64,000 nucleotides of DNA from a virus. The notes below the pieces were generated by a model. It saw only the letters and a list, made by a program, of their open reading frames with translations, was not told the DNA's origin and ran no database searches. The position numbers and the translations under genes are program-made. Where the stretch lies: the IMG/VR virus record IMGVR_UViG_3300034375_010798, one strand, 5' to 3'. Position 1 is the stretch's first letter, and every line of letters starts with the position of its first letter. Below are positions 29,206 to 38,521 of the stretch, one piece after another.

Positions 29206-29964
29206 ATGACTTTTAATAAGAGAGTAAAAATGAACAATAATTTAAAAGAATTTAAAGAAGTTATTAAGGAAGAAATACTAGAACTTCTAAAAGAAGAAAC
29301 CTCAAACGTAGAAGATATAGTGTTTTCTATTTTAGATGCTCAATCAAGTGGAAACACAAAAAAAGCAGAGAAATATTTTGGTATTCTTTTTCCAAGATTA
29401 GCAAGCCTTGGCTTTGATAGAAATACTCTTTTAAAAATGAAGTCTCAATTAACCTTAATCAACAACGAAAAAGAAGCAACAAAGTTTATTACCAGATGGA
29501 AGTTATCAGATCAAGATATAAATAAAAATAATGTTTATACATATAAGATGATTGTTTCTGTTCCTTTTGCAACAAATAAAAATGAAGAAGAATTAGTTAA
29601 GAAATTAAAATATGATTTAGTATCTAACGGTCATAAAATATTGGGATATAAAAAAATGCCCGTATCAAAGATAGCATCAGCAGGAGCGGCAGGTGAGGTT
29701 ATAGATCTCAAGATTTTGGTTAAGATTAAAACAATGGCTAAGCCTAACGAAATAGAATCAGAACTACAACCAGACTATGGTGTAGATAAAATAAAAGGAT
29801 TTGATGTTGAACAATCGGTCAAAACTAAAGAGATCAAGTCGAGTGATAGATTTGATAAGAGAAGCTCCAAACTTAATGGTAAAGAGGACAAACAAGACGA
29901 TAATAGAATCAATCCAACAAAAGGTTTTAGTAAGGATCATTTATCGAAAGCTAGAAACAAATAG
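29206..29964 (+). CDS. Hypothetical protein
   Basis: KEVIKEEILELLKE|E leader; 3' end overlaps the WYL ORF by 164 nt. Confidence 0.6.
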   Translation: MTFNKRVKMNNNLKEFKEVIKEEILELLKEETSNVEDIVFSILDAQSSGNTKKAEKYFGILFPRLASLGFDRNTLLKMKSQLTLINNEKEATKFITRWKLSDQDINKNNVYTYKMIVSVPFATNKNEEELVKKLKYDLVSNGHKILGYKKMPVSKIASAGAAGEVIDLKILVKIKTMAKPNEIESELQPDYGVDKIKGFDVEQSVKTKEIKSSDRFDKRSSKLNGKEDKQDDNRINPTKGFSKDHLSKARNK

Positions 29965-30133
29965 AGTTATAACTCGTATAATAGAACCTTATGAGTTAAA
30001 AGAAGAAGATGGTAAGGTTTATTTATATGCATATGATACTACTGGTAGAACAAGAAGTATAAAGTCCTTTTTATTAGAAAACATATTATCTGCAAATAAA
30101 CAAAGAAGAGAATTTACCCCTAGGATATTTTAA
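29801..30133 (+). CDS. Stand-alone WYL-domain protein
   Basis: IIESIQQKVLVRIIY..TRIIEPYEL..VYLYAYD..IKSFLLENI. Confidence 0.75.
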   Translation: MMLNNRSKLKRSSRVIDLIREAPNLMVKRTNKTIIESIQQKVLVRIIYRKLETNRVITRIIEPYELKEEDGKVYLYAYDTTGRTRSIKSFLLENILSANKQRREFTPRIF

Positions 30134-31782
30134 TGGATAAACAACAAACAGCTGAATACATAGAGTGCAGAAAGAATCCTTCTTACTTTATGAAAAAATA
30201 CGGCAGAATTAGGCATCCATTAAGGGGAATTATATCTTTTGAGTTATGGGATTTCCAAGAACACACACTTCAGCATTTTTTAGACAATTCATATAACATA
30301 GTTCTCAAGGGTAGGCAGTTGGGTATATCCACATTAGTAGCTGGATATGCTGCTTGGTTGTCAAACTTTTTTAAGAACAAAGAAATATATATTCTTGCTA
30401 CAAAAAGAGATACTGCTCAAAATATGGTTGATAAAGTAAGAGTTTTTTTAGAGGGTATTCCGGAGTGGATGAGAGCAGATTTTATTACTGATAATAAACA
30501 AAGTTTAGAATTAAATAATGGTTCTAAAATAAAAGCATCGGCTTCTACACCAGATGCGGCTCGTTCAGAGGCATTAAGTTTGCTCATTGTTGATGAGGCA
30601 GCTTTTATTAATAAGATGGATAGTATATGGATAGCAGCTCAACCTACACTAGCAACTGGTGGTGATTGTATAGCATTATCTTCACCTAATGGAGTTGGTA
30701 ACTGGTTTCACAAGATATATAATGAGGCGGAGGCTGGTATTACAGAAAAGATAGGTAATAAGATAGTAGGGTTCAATCCAATAAAATTACACTGGTCGGT
30801 TCATCCAGACCACGATGATGATTGGGCGAGAGAGACACGCAAGAAGATTGGGGATCAAGCTTTCGCTCAAGAGCATGATTGTGACTTTGTTCAATCTGGT
30901 AGTAATGTTATTTCACTTAAGGCTTTGGAGTGGTATCTAGAGCATCCAACAGAACAAGAGACACTTGACGATGGTTATCGTCCATTCGTTAGGGAACCAT
31001 TAGAAAGAACTTGGGTTGATAAGGGTTTGTGGGTTTGGAAATATCCGGATTATACCAAAAAATATATTATATCTGCAGATGTTGCTCGCGGTGATGGAGA
31101 AGATTATTCAGCTTTTCATGTCATAGATATTGAAAATTATGAGCAAGTGGCTGAATATAAGGGTAAGGTAGCTACAGATGTTTATGCTCACCTAATACAC
31201 AACACAGCTGTTCAATATAACAACGCTTTTATAGTAGTTGAAAATGCATCAATGGGTCATCATACAGTAATGAAGATTGTAGAGATGGAATATAAGAACG
31301 TGTATTGGACAATAAAAGATTTAGCTAAATTACACGAAAGTAATGCAAGAGATCAATTATTTTATGACCCATACAATCCTCCTAAAAATGCAGTTCCCGG
31401 ATTTACAATGTCTTCAAGAACAAGGCCAGCAGCGATAGCTCGACTGGAAGAGGATTTAAGGCAACATGAGTTTATTTTACACTCACAAAGAACTATGAAA
31501 GAATTAGAAACTTTTATCTTTCATAATGGTAAGCCCCAAGCTTTGGACGGATACAATGATGATTTAGTAATGTCTTTAGCTATTGGTATGTATGTAAGAA
31601 ACACAACTATAAAGTTTACTAATGCTGATAATGATATAACTCAACATTTAATGTCTAACCTTTCTTTTAACCCTGTTCCTTATGAGTTCGGAATAAGTAG
31701 TAATTCTAATTCTGTTGGTAATGAATCTTATTCTATGAAAGTAAATAAAGAACAGGTTGAAGATTTAAGATGGTTGTTATAA
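30133..31782 (+). CDS. Terminase large subunit (T4 gp17-like)
   Basis: LKGRQLGIST, LLIVDEAAF, SSPNG, QEHDCDF, ADVARGDGEDYS, NDDLVMSLAI. Confidence 0.96.
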   Translation: MDKQQTAEYIECRKNPSYFMKKYGRIRHPLRGIISFELWDFQEHTLQHFLDNSYNIVLKGRQLGISTLVAGYAAWLSNFFKNKEIYILATKRDTAQNMVDKVRVFLEGIPEWMRADFITDNKQSLELNNGSKIKASASTPDAARSEALSLLIVDEAAFINKMDSIWIAAQPTLATGGDCIALSSPNGVGNWFHKIYNEAEAGITEKIGNKIVGFNPIKLHWSVHPDHDDDWARETRKKIGDQAFAQEHDCDFVQSGSNVISLKALEWYLEHPTEQETLDDGYRPFVREPLERTWVDKGLWVWKYPDYTKKYIISADVARGDGEDYSAFHVIDIENYEQVAEYKGKVATDVYAHLIHNTAVQYNNAFIVVENASMGHHTVMKIVEMEYKNVYWTIKDLAKLHESNARDQLFYDPYNPPKNAVPGFTMSSRTRPAAIARLEEDLRQHEFILHSQRTMKELETFIFHNGKPQALDGYNDDLVMSLAIGMYVRNTTIKFTNADNDITQHLMSNLSFNPVPYEFGISSNSNSVGNESYSMKVNKEQVEDLRWLL

Positions 31783-31863
31783 AATAAATGTTTATATTTA
31801 TTTTATAGCCTTCTTGATTTTTATTATATTATAAAGATTGGGATTACTATAAGGAATTATAAA

Positions 31864-32091
31864 ATGGCTAAATATTCTGAAGCTCAAAAAGGTGATTGGC
31901 ACGAATATCAAAAATTAGTTTTAAGTGAGTTAGAGAGACATAACTCTTTATTGTTACAGATGGATAATAAGTTAGAAAAGGTTAATGTTGATATATCTTC
32001 TTTAAAAGTCAAATCTGGTATTTGGGGGTTAGCGGGAGCAGCTGTTCCTATTGGGATATTTATGGGGTTAAAGATTTTAAATATAAATTAG
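31864..32091 (+). CDS. Small coiled-coil protein with C-terminal TM helix
   Basis: Heptads followed by GIWGLAGAAVPIGIFMGL. Confidence 0.6.
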   Translation: MAKYSEAQKGDWHEYQKLVLSELERHNSLLLQMDNKLEKVNVDISSLKVKSGIWGLAGAAVPIGIFMGLKILNIN

Positions 32092-32100
32092 AGGTAAAAA

Positions 32101-33888
32101 ATGGCAAGTAAATTTGATACACTTAAAAAGTTATTGAATGGTGGTTCTGCACAATATAAGGTTCCAACAGAGCGTCCATCAATGAGAACACAAAGAAATG
32201 TTTTCGATACTTTTCAAAAAGCAGCGTCTTCTATATATCAGCAAGGTTTGGCGGGTGGTATAGAAAGATCAGAAAGGTATAGAGAGTATAATGAGATGGA
32301 CCATTACCCAGAGATATCAAGAGCGTTGGATATTTATGCTGATGATTCTATGGTTTATGGTATTGATGGAAATATACTAAATATATTTTCAGAAGATCAG
32401 AAAATCAAGGAAGAGTTAGAAGAACTTTATTATGAGAGATTAGATATTGATTTTCACTTATGGACATGGATTAGAAACATGGTTAAATATGGAGATCATT
32501 TTAATCTTTTAGATTTAGTTGAAGGTGAAGGTGTTTTAGGTTCTATAGCTTTACCAGTTGAGGAAATAGCAAGAGAAGAGGGTTATGACAATGATCCTAA
32601 CTCTCTTAGGTTTAATTGGGTTGGTCAAGGAAACACTTCTTTTCAAAATTATCAAGTATCTCACTTAAGAATACTTGGTGATGATAAGTTTTTACCATAT
32701 GGAAGAAGTATTTTGGATTCTGGTCGTAAGGTATACAAACAATTATTAATGGCAGAAGATGCTATGTTAATATATCGTATCACCAGAGCGCCAGAAAGAA
32801 GGGTTTTTTATATTGATGTAGGTAATATACCACCAGCACAAGTTGACACATATTTGATGCAAGCCAGAGATAAACTAAAAAGAACACCAATGGTTAATCA
32901 ACAGACTGGTAATCAAGATATGAGATTCAACCCAGAATCAATATTAGAAGATTTCTTTATTCCTATTAGGGGTGAGAGAGGAAGTAGAATAGAGACATTA
33001 CCCGGTGGTGAAAACGCCGCTGCTATTGAAGACATTCAGTATTTGCAGAATAAACTTTTTATATCACTTGGTGTTCCTAAATCATACTTAACAGCAGAAG
33101 AAGATTTAGCTGGTAAGGGAACATTGGCACAAGAAGATATAAAGTTTGCAAGAACAATTCAAAGAATACAAAAGATAGTAGTCAGTGAGTTGGCAAAAGT
33201 TGGGTTGGTTCATTTGTTTTTAAGAGGGTATGATGAAAGTGATATATATAATTTTGATTTGAAGTTAGCTAATCCATCAACCGTCACAGAGATGATGAAT
33301 CTTGACTTAATGGATAAGAGATTTAATGTAGCAAGTCAAATGTCAGAATCCCCACTTCTTTCTAAAGAGTATATACAAAAAGAAGTATTACAGTTATCTA
33401 TGGATGATATCGTTGAAATAAAGAACGATAGAGTAAAAGAAGCTTCTAATGAATATACTATAGAACAAGTTAAGATGGGTGCACAAGAAGAACCAGCTGC
33501 TATGCAGCAACCAGTAGAAGAAAATCCAAACGATCAAGAAGGTGATAATGAGAGTGATGTTGAGGAAGATAGTAAATTTAAATCATTTAAAAATGTTACT
33601 CCATATGACCCACTGGGAACTGATGAGTTGGAGGGATATCCTAAGTTTGATTCTTTTGAGAGAAATTTTGAGAGTAGTATAGATCAAATAACAAGTGATA
33701 TAGAGAAAAAAGACATTATCAAGAAGAAAAAAGGAAGAAAATCTAGAACAGATTCTTTTAATAAAACCATTACAGAAATAATGCGTTTTGACCAAGAATC
33801 GAATAAAATTATGGATAATATTAGAAAAGATATGAAAAATAATAAACTTTCTAATACAGGAAAGGTATATTTTGTATCAAAAGATTGA
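32101..33888 (+). CDS. Portal protein (T4 gp20-like)
   Basis: EDAMLIYRITRAPERRVFYIDVGNIP; EDFFIPIRG; IETLPGG. Confidence 0.96.
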   Translation: MASKFDTLKKLLNGGSAQYKVPTERPSMRTQRNVFDTFQKAASSIYQQGLAGGIERSERYREYNEMDHYPEISRALDIYADDSMVYGIDGNILNIFSEDQKIKEELEELYYERLDIDFHLWTWIRNMVKYGDHFNLLDLVEGEGVLGSIALPVEEIAREEGYDNDPNSLRFNWVGQGNTSFQNYQVSHLRILGDDKFLPYGRSILDSGRKVYKQLLMAEDAMLIYRITRAPERRVFYIDVGNIPPAQVDTYLMQARDKLKRTPMVNQQTGNQDMRFNPESILEDFFIPIRGERGSRIETLPGGENAAAIEDIQYLQNKLFISLGVPKSYLTAEEDLAGKGTLAQEDIKFARTIQRIQKIVVSELAKVGLVHLFLRGYDESDIYNFDLKLANPSTVTEMMNLDLMDKRFNVASQMSESPLLSKEYIQKEVLQLSMDDIVEIKNDRVKEASNEYTIEQVKMGAQEEPAAMQQPVEENPNDQEGDNESDVEEDSKFKSFKNVTPYDPLGTDELEGYPKFDSFERNFESSIDQITSDIEKKDIIKKKKGRKSRTDSFNKTITEIMRFDQESNKIMDNIRKDMKNNKLSNTGKVYFVSKD

Positions 33889-33948
33889 TTTTCTCTTATT
33901 TTAGCTATATTTATACTAGACTAATAATATAATTTTGGGGTTAAATTT

Positions 33949-34782
33949 ATGAAACATAATAAGTATAGAAATATTGGTGTTTTGTTTGAATCAATGATTC
34001 ACTATACTATGGGATTAGTTTCTGAGGGTAAAACTACTCAAGCTTCACAAATGATGAAGATAATCAGAAATAATTTCATGAAAAAGACAACAATATCTGA
34101 AGCATATAACGTATTTTCACAACTTTTGTATACAGAGGCAATAAACTACTTTCATGCAAGTAGGTTTTATAGTAATTTAAGAAAAGAGTATAATCGTATT
34201 GATGATAAGGTATTAAATGCCGAAATATCTAATATGAAAAGACAAATTAAAGAAAATTTTAATTTGAAAGAAGTTCTTAATACAAAAATTCCTAATTACA
34301 AACTATTTTCAAGTTTTCAGATATGTTCATTGAAGGAAAATACTTATTTATCTTCTAAAAATCAAACTAATTTAGAACAGTTTATTATGGAACACCTTAT
34401 TAACAATAAGGAGTTGAAGAAACTTAGTGAAAATAATATTGTTGTTGAAGAATACCCCAAAGAACAACAAAAGATTGATAAAATAGCAATGGCTATTGCT
34501 TTTAATAATTTTAAGAAGAGTTTTCGCGGTAAATTAACAGAAAATCAAATACAATACCTAATAAATTTTTATTCTATGAATTCAAAATCATTTAATAAGT
34601 GGGTTATGAAAGAAATTGATGGTATGGTAAATGATATATCCTCAGAAAAAATTGTCGTTGAAAACGAAGGGTTACGAACAAAGTTAGAATTAGCTGTAGA
34701 AAGATTAAAAAATATAAAAGAAATTAACAGTGATAATATCGTTGAAGTTTTGTTATTTGTAGAACTTTGTGATAACCTGTAG
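33949..34782 (+). CDS. Hypothetical head-module protein
   Basis: MKHNKYRNIGVLFE; lies between portal and protease; ATATTTAT upstream. Confidence 0.65.
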   Translation: MKHNKYRNIGVLFESMIHYTMGLVSEGKTTQASQMMKIIRNNFMKKTTISEAYNVFSQLLYTEAINYFHASRFYSNLRKEYNRIDDKVLNAEISNMKRQIKENFNLKEVLNTKIPNYKLFSSFQICSLKENTYLSSKNQTNLEQFIMEHLINNKELKKLSENNIVVEEYPKEQQKIDKIAMAIAFNNFKKSFRGKLTENQIQYLINFYSMNSKSFNKWVMKEIDGMVNDISSEKIVVENEGLRTKLELAVERLKNIKEINSDNIVEVLLFVELCDNL

Positions 34783-34800
34783 AATTATTGGAGAATAATA

Positions 34801-35439
34801 ATGGCATTAATTGATTTGTGGAAACAAAGAGTAGCAGACAATTTAAGTGGGGTTTCTAATCTGAACGTCACCGACGCGAACGCTGGAGGATATAAAGGAC
34901 ATAATAGTCCAGATCGACCAGAAGAAGATACTCTTATTAAAAACAAAAGCACCGACGCCGCGGAGGGTGTAGCTTATTTTAAAGGGTTAGAAAAACCCAG
35001 CACCCAAACGCCGGGTTCCATGAAAACGAAGACCCCATTCACTAATGACAATATTGGAAACGCAACTGCAGATGGATTTTCTACCGTCTTCGGAAATCCT
35101 CCAACGGCTGACAGCGTATTTAGTGCCGATAATTTTACACCACATCAAGCTGGCCAAACCGACAGTGGCTCCGTTCCGGGTTTCGGCCGAGGAGTAACGG
35201 GGAGACTATATGATATAGCTGCAGCGCAGGCTGACTATTCTACCGAACCCGCCGCCACCGGCGATTCCTCCTCTACCGGCACTACAGAAACTGGCGAAGA
35301 TACTACAGAAACTGGCGAAGATGCAGCTGGGGACCGACCGAACTTCGCAGATTGGAAGGCCGACCAGCCGGGAGGCCATGGAACAGTAGGTGAATATCGC
35401 ACTGAGTTTGGCATCGGCCCATCGGAACATATAATTTAA
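34801..35439 (+). CDS. Low-complexity hypothetical protein in a GC-rich patch
   Basis: GGAG SD; local GC 57-67% in two hand-counted 60-mers. Confidence 0.65.
   Translation: MALIDLWKQRVADNLSGVSNLNVTDANAGGYKGHNSPDRPEEDTLIKNKSTDAAEGVAYFKGLEKPSTQTPGSMKTKTPFTNDNIGNATADGFSTVFGNPPTADSVFSADNFTPHQAGQTDSGSVPGFGRGVTGRLYDIAAAQADYSTEPAATGDSSSTGTTETGEDTTETGEDAAGDRPNFADWKADQPGGHGTVGEYRTEFGIGPSEHII
35281..35322 (+). repeat. 21-bp tandem duplication (TTETGED x2)
   Basis: ACTACAGAAACTGGCGAAGAT at 35281 and 35302. Confidence 0.95.
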
Positions 35440-35913
35440 ATGAATAAGAAAAATGAAACATCGGTAGTTGGAGCAGTAGCTGGGTTTACTGCTCCTCTAT
35501 CTGGCGCACCCATAAGGAAGAATATAAAAAGAAAGAGAAAATCAATGAAGAAGAAGGCATCTAGAAAAGTTCCATACAACAAAGTAGATGAGCAATCGCA
35601 TGAGGTTGTAAGAGATACAATATTTAATATTCTTTTAGAGAGTAAGAACGAAGAAAAGATAGGTTATATAATGTCGCTTTTTGAAGGTATTAATAAGCAG
35701 ATGGGTGTTAGTATGGGATATACTAAGACATTCATTACTGACGGTTTAAAGATGGGTGAATTAGATAAAGCAAAGAAGTTAAGTTTTCGTAGAGCTAAGA
35801 CAGAGTTAGGTCATGTTAAGAGATTAGTAGATGACTTAGATGTTTTAATCAATCAAATTTATGAAATAAGTAATCGTCGCGAAGATGATGGTGAGGAAGA
35901 AGAAAGAGATTAA
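35440..35913 (+). CDS. Hypothetical head-module protein
   Basis: Basic N-terminus; ILLE|S site; precedes the protease. Confidence 0.6.
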   Translation: MNKKNETSVVGAVAGFTAPLSGAPIRKNIKRKRKSMKKKASRKVPYNKVDEQSHEVVRDTIFNILLESKNEEKIGYIMSLFEGINKQMGVSMGYTKTFITDGLKMGELDKAKKLSFRRAKTELGHVKRLVDDLDVLINQIYEISNRREDDGEEEERD

Positions 35914-35915
35914 AA

Positions 35916-36527
35916 ATGACAGAGATTATTAACAATAATGCATCCCCAAACTTAATTCATTCTTTTCTTTTATTTGAGTATGACGATGTTAAGCCATCAA
36001 AATCTAGTGATGGTATACTTAAAATGAAGGGTATTATTCAAGCAGCTGGTAAACCAAACGCAAATAATAGAATTTACCCTCGTCAAGTTTTAGAAAGAGA
36101 AGATCAAAAATATCAAGAATTAGTTAAGGATAGAAGAGCTTTAGGTGAATTAGATCACCCCGATAGCCCCATAGTTCAGTTAGAGAATGTTTCTCACTTA
36201 GTAACTGAAACAAGATGGGATGGTGAAAACTTGGTTGGTGAAATAGAAGTATTGGATACACCTAAAGGTCAGATACTTGGTAAGTTAGTAGAAAGAAATG
36301 TTAAGTTAGGTATTTCTTCAAGAGGTCTTGGTAGTGTAAGTAGAAATCATGAAGGATACGATATTGTAGAGGATGACTTTAACTTAGTATGTTACGATAT
36401 GGTTAGTAACCCCTCAACAAGTAATGCATATATGCATTTACAGGAAAGTGCTGTTTATAGAACACTAATAAAACAAAACAAGTATTTGAAAATTGAAGGT
36501 GTGTTAGACGAAATATTAGGGCTATAA
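35916..36527 (+). CDS. Prohead protease (T4 gp21-like)
   Basis: NANNRIYP, ALGELDHP, VSH, TPKG, LGISSRGLGS, DMVSNPS. Confidence 0.96.
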   Translation: MTEIINNNASPNLIHSFLLFEYDDVKPSKSSDGILKMKGIIQAAGKPNANNRIYPRQVLEREDQKYQELVKDRRALGELDHPDSPIVQLENVSHLVTETRWDGENLVGEIEVLDTPKGQILGKLVERNVKLGISSRGLGSVSRNHEGYDIVEDDFNLVCYDMVSNPSTSNAYMHLQESAVYRTLIKQNKYLKIEGVLDEILGL

Positions 36528-36528
36528 A

Positions 36529-36897
36529 ATGAAACTTAGAGATGTTTTAAAAGAGGCGGATTTTTATGTTCCACAAGCAGAACCTCATTCCAACTATCAT
36601 GGCAGAAATCCAGCATCATTTTCTGCCTATAACGTTGGTTACAGACCTACACCCGGCAATAATGTTGATGACAAACTAACACAAACATTGGATGCAGATA
36701 TCGAAGCTCAGTTAATAGACAGAGCTATTGATATATTATATGATGAATATCCAGAACTAGTTAAAGATAAGAAGATAAAAAGACATTTCCTGCAAATGTT
36801 AATTGGTAAAGTTACTTCTGGAGAAATCCCACATCAAATTAGTTTGGAGAATTTCATAAAAAGATTATGGAAAACTAAAAAGATAAAGGTGGGATAA
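36529..36897 (+). CDS. Hypothetical, candidate head-internal protein
   Basis: MKLRDVLKE|A leader. Confidence 0.6.
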   Translation: MKLRDVLKEADFYVPQAEPHSNYHGRNPASFSAYNVGYRPTPGNNVDDKLTQTLDADIEAQLIDRAIDILYDEYPELVKDKKIKRHFLQMLIGKVTSGEIPHQISLENFIKRLWKTKKIKVG

Positions 36898-36898
36898 A

Positions 36899-38269
36899 AT
36901 GCCATTAACAGATAATAGTGTAACAAGACATATAGACCCTAGTGGTGATGAAATAAAAGCTTTTCTTGATGATGACGGGACGTATGTTCAAGCTGTGGCT
37001 CTTGTTGATGAGAATGGTGATTTAGCAACTCCTAATAATCCTTACAAAATAAACATTAGTCAAGTCAACGGTTCAGCTGGCGATTCATTTGGTAGATTAA
37101 GAGTATCAAATCTATATCCTTTATTTGAAACAACTAGTAGATATGATATAGATAAATCTATTTGGGTAAAAAATGAAGTATTAGGTGGTTCTGTAACACA
37201 TTCAACAGCTGATGCATCTATACAACTTTCTACAGATACTCAAAACACATCTTCTGCAAAGTTATTAACAAAGAAAAACTTTAGATATAGCCCCGGTAAA
37301 AGTCAATTGATAATGCAAACGTTATCTGTTGTAAATCCAACAGAAGCAAACTGTGATAGGCGTTGGGGTTATTTTGATGATAATGATGGTTTATTTTTTG
37401 CAATAGAGGGTGGTGTTTTTGGTGTTGTTATAAGAAGTGGAACACAAAACACATTTATACCACAAACTAGTTTTAATCGTGATACATTAAATGGTAATGG
37501 AGGTAGTGGTTTTAGTATTGATTTAACCAAAGCCAATATATATCAGATATCATTTCAGTTTTTGGGTGTAGGTATAGTTGAATTTGGTGTTTATTCTCCA
37601 TCTGGTGAGTTTATAGTTGCTCATGTGTTTGAGAACGCCAATCAGAATATATATAGTTATATGGATACGGCTATTTTACCATTGAATTATGAGTGTGTAA
37701 ATACTGGAGTAACTGTCGGTAATAGTGGAATAAATGTTTTATGTGCTACGGTAAACTCAGAAGGTAGTAGAGAGGCTTTATATACTATATTTGAAAGTAT
37801 TCAAACACCAGATTTTATATCTACAACTAGTGCTGCTGAAAGACCTATTTTATCTATACAATCTAAGGCAACAGTTAATGCATTGCGTAATAAAGTAGAG
37901 GTGGTTCCACAAAACTTATCAATAGCTGCTGATGGAAAACCTGCAATAATAAGAATATGGAAAAATGTAGATACGCTGACTAACTCTTCTTTTACTCCAA
38001 TGCCGAATAATCAAAGTTCTATTCAATATGATACTGCTGCTACTGCATTTACTACTGATGCTAATAGTTTTTTAATATCATCTTATATCGTATACAATGG
38101 CCAAAGTGAAGTTATAAACCTAGAAAACATATTTAGTGCTAATAAACAATCTATAACTTATAATAATGCTGATGAGGCGGAATCTATAACTATAACAATA
38201 CAAAGAGCTTCAACAGCGGCTGCTGAAACCTCTGTATTAGCTTCTTTAAGTTGGGCTGAGATTAGATAA
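36899..38269 (+). CDS. Putative virion structural protein; paralog of 44372-46990
   Basis: DSFGRLRVS, RWGYFDDNDGLFF, FNRDTLNG, IYQISFQFLGVG; beta-rich. Confidence 0.65.
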   Translation: MPLTDNSVTRHIDPSGDEIKAFLDDDGTYVQAVALVDENGDLATPNNPYKINISQVNGSAGDSFGRLRVSNLYPLFETTSRYDIDKSIWVKNEVLGGSVTHSTADASIQLSTDTQNTSSAKLLTKKNFRYSPGKSQLIMQTLSVVNPTEANCDRRWGYFDDNDGLFFAIEGGVFGVVIRSGTQNTFIPQTSFNRDTLNGNGGSGFSIDLTKANIYQISFQFLGVGIVEFGVYSPSGEFIVAHVFENANQNIYSYMDTAILPLNYECVNTGVTVGNSGINVLCATVNSEGSREALYTIFESIQTPDFISTTSAAERPILSIQSKATVNALRNKVEVVPQNLSIAADGKPAIIRIWKNVDTLTNSSFTPMPNNQSSIQYDTAATAFTTDANSFLISSYIVYNGQSEVINLENIFSANKQSITYNNADEAESITITIQRASTAAAETSVLASLSWAEIR

Positions 38270-38520
38270 TGGGATTATTATTAATTTGGGATGATATTCA
38301 TCGTCATATTACTGGTGGTAAAAGAAGTAAACGTGCAAGAGAGTGGTTAAATCAACATATAGAAGATAATTGGTTTACTGAAACTTGGTTTTTAAAAGTT
38401 GGTGAAAATATAATAGAGAAGAAAATAAATAAAAAACATAATGTCATATGTAAGCAAAATGATTTAAATATAAAAAATATATTGGATCAAATAAAAGTAG
38501 AAATAAATAGGGTAAAATAA
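38269..38520 (+). CDS. Small protein; paralog of 49712-50071
   Basis: RSKRARE..IEDNWFTETW. Confidence 0.6.
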   Translation: MGLLLIWDDIHRHITGGKRSKRAREWLNQHIEDNWFTETWFLKVGENIIEKKINKKHNVICKQNDLNIKNILDQIKVEINRVK

Positions 38521-38521
38521 A

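Noticed and set aside
1680-31782. Inteins or introns in RNR, DnaE or terminase
   Set aside because: Lengths are normal, motifs are contiguous, and I saw no intein termini or LAGLIDADG inserts.
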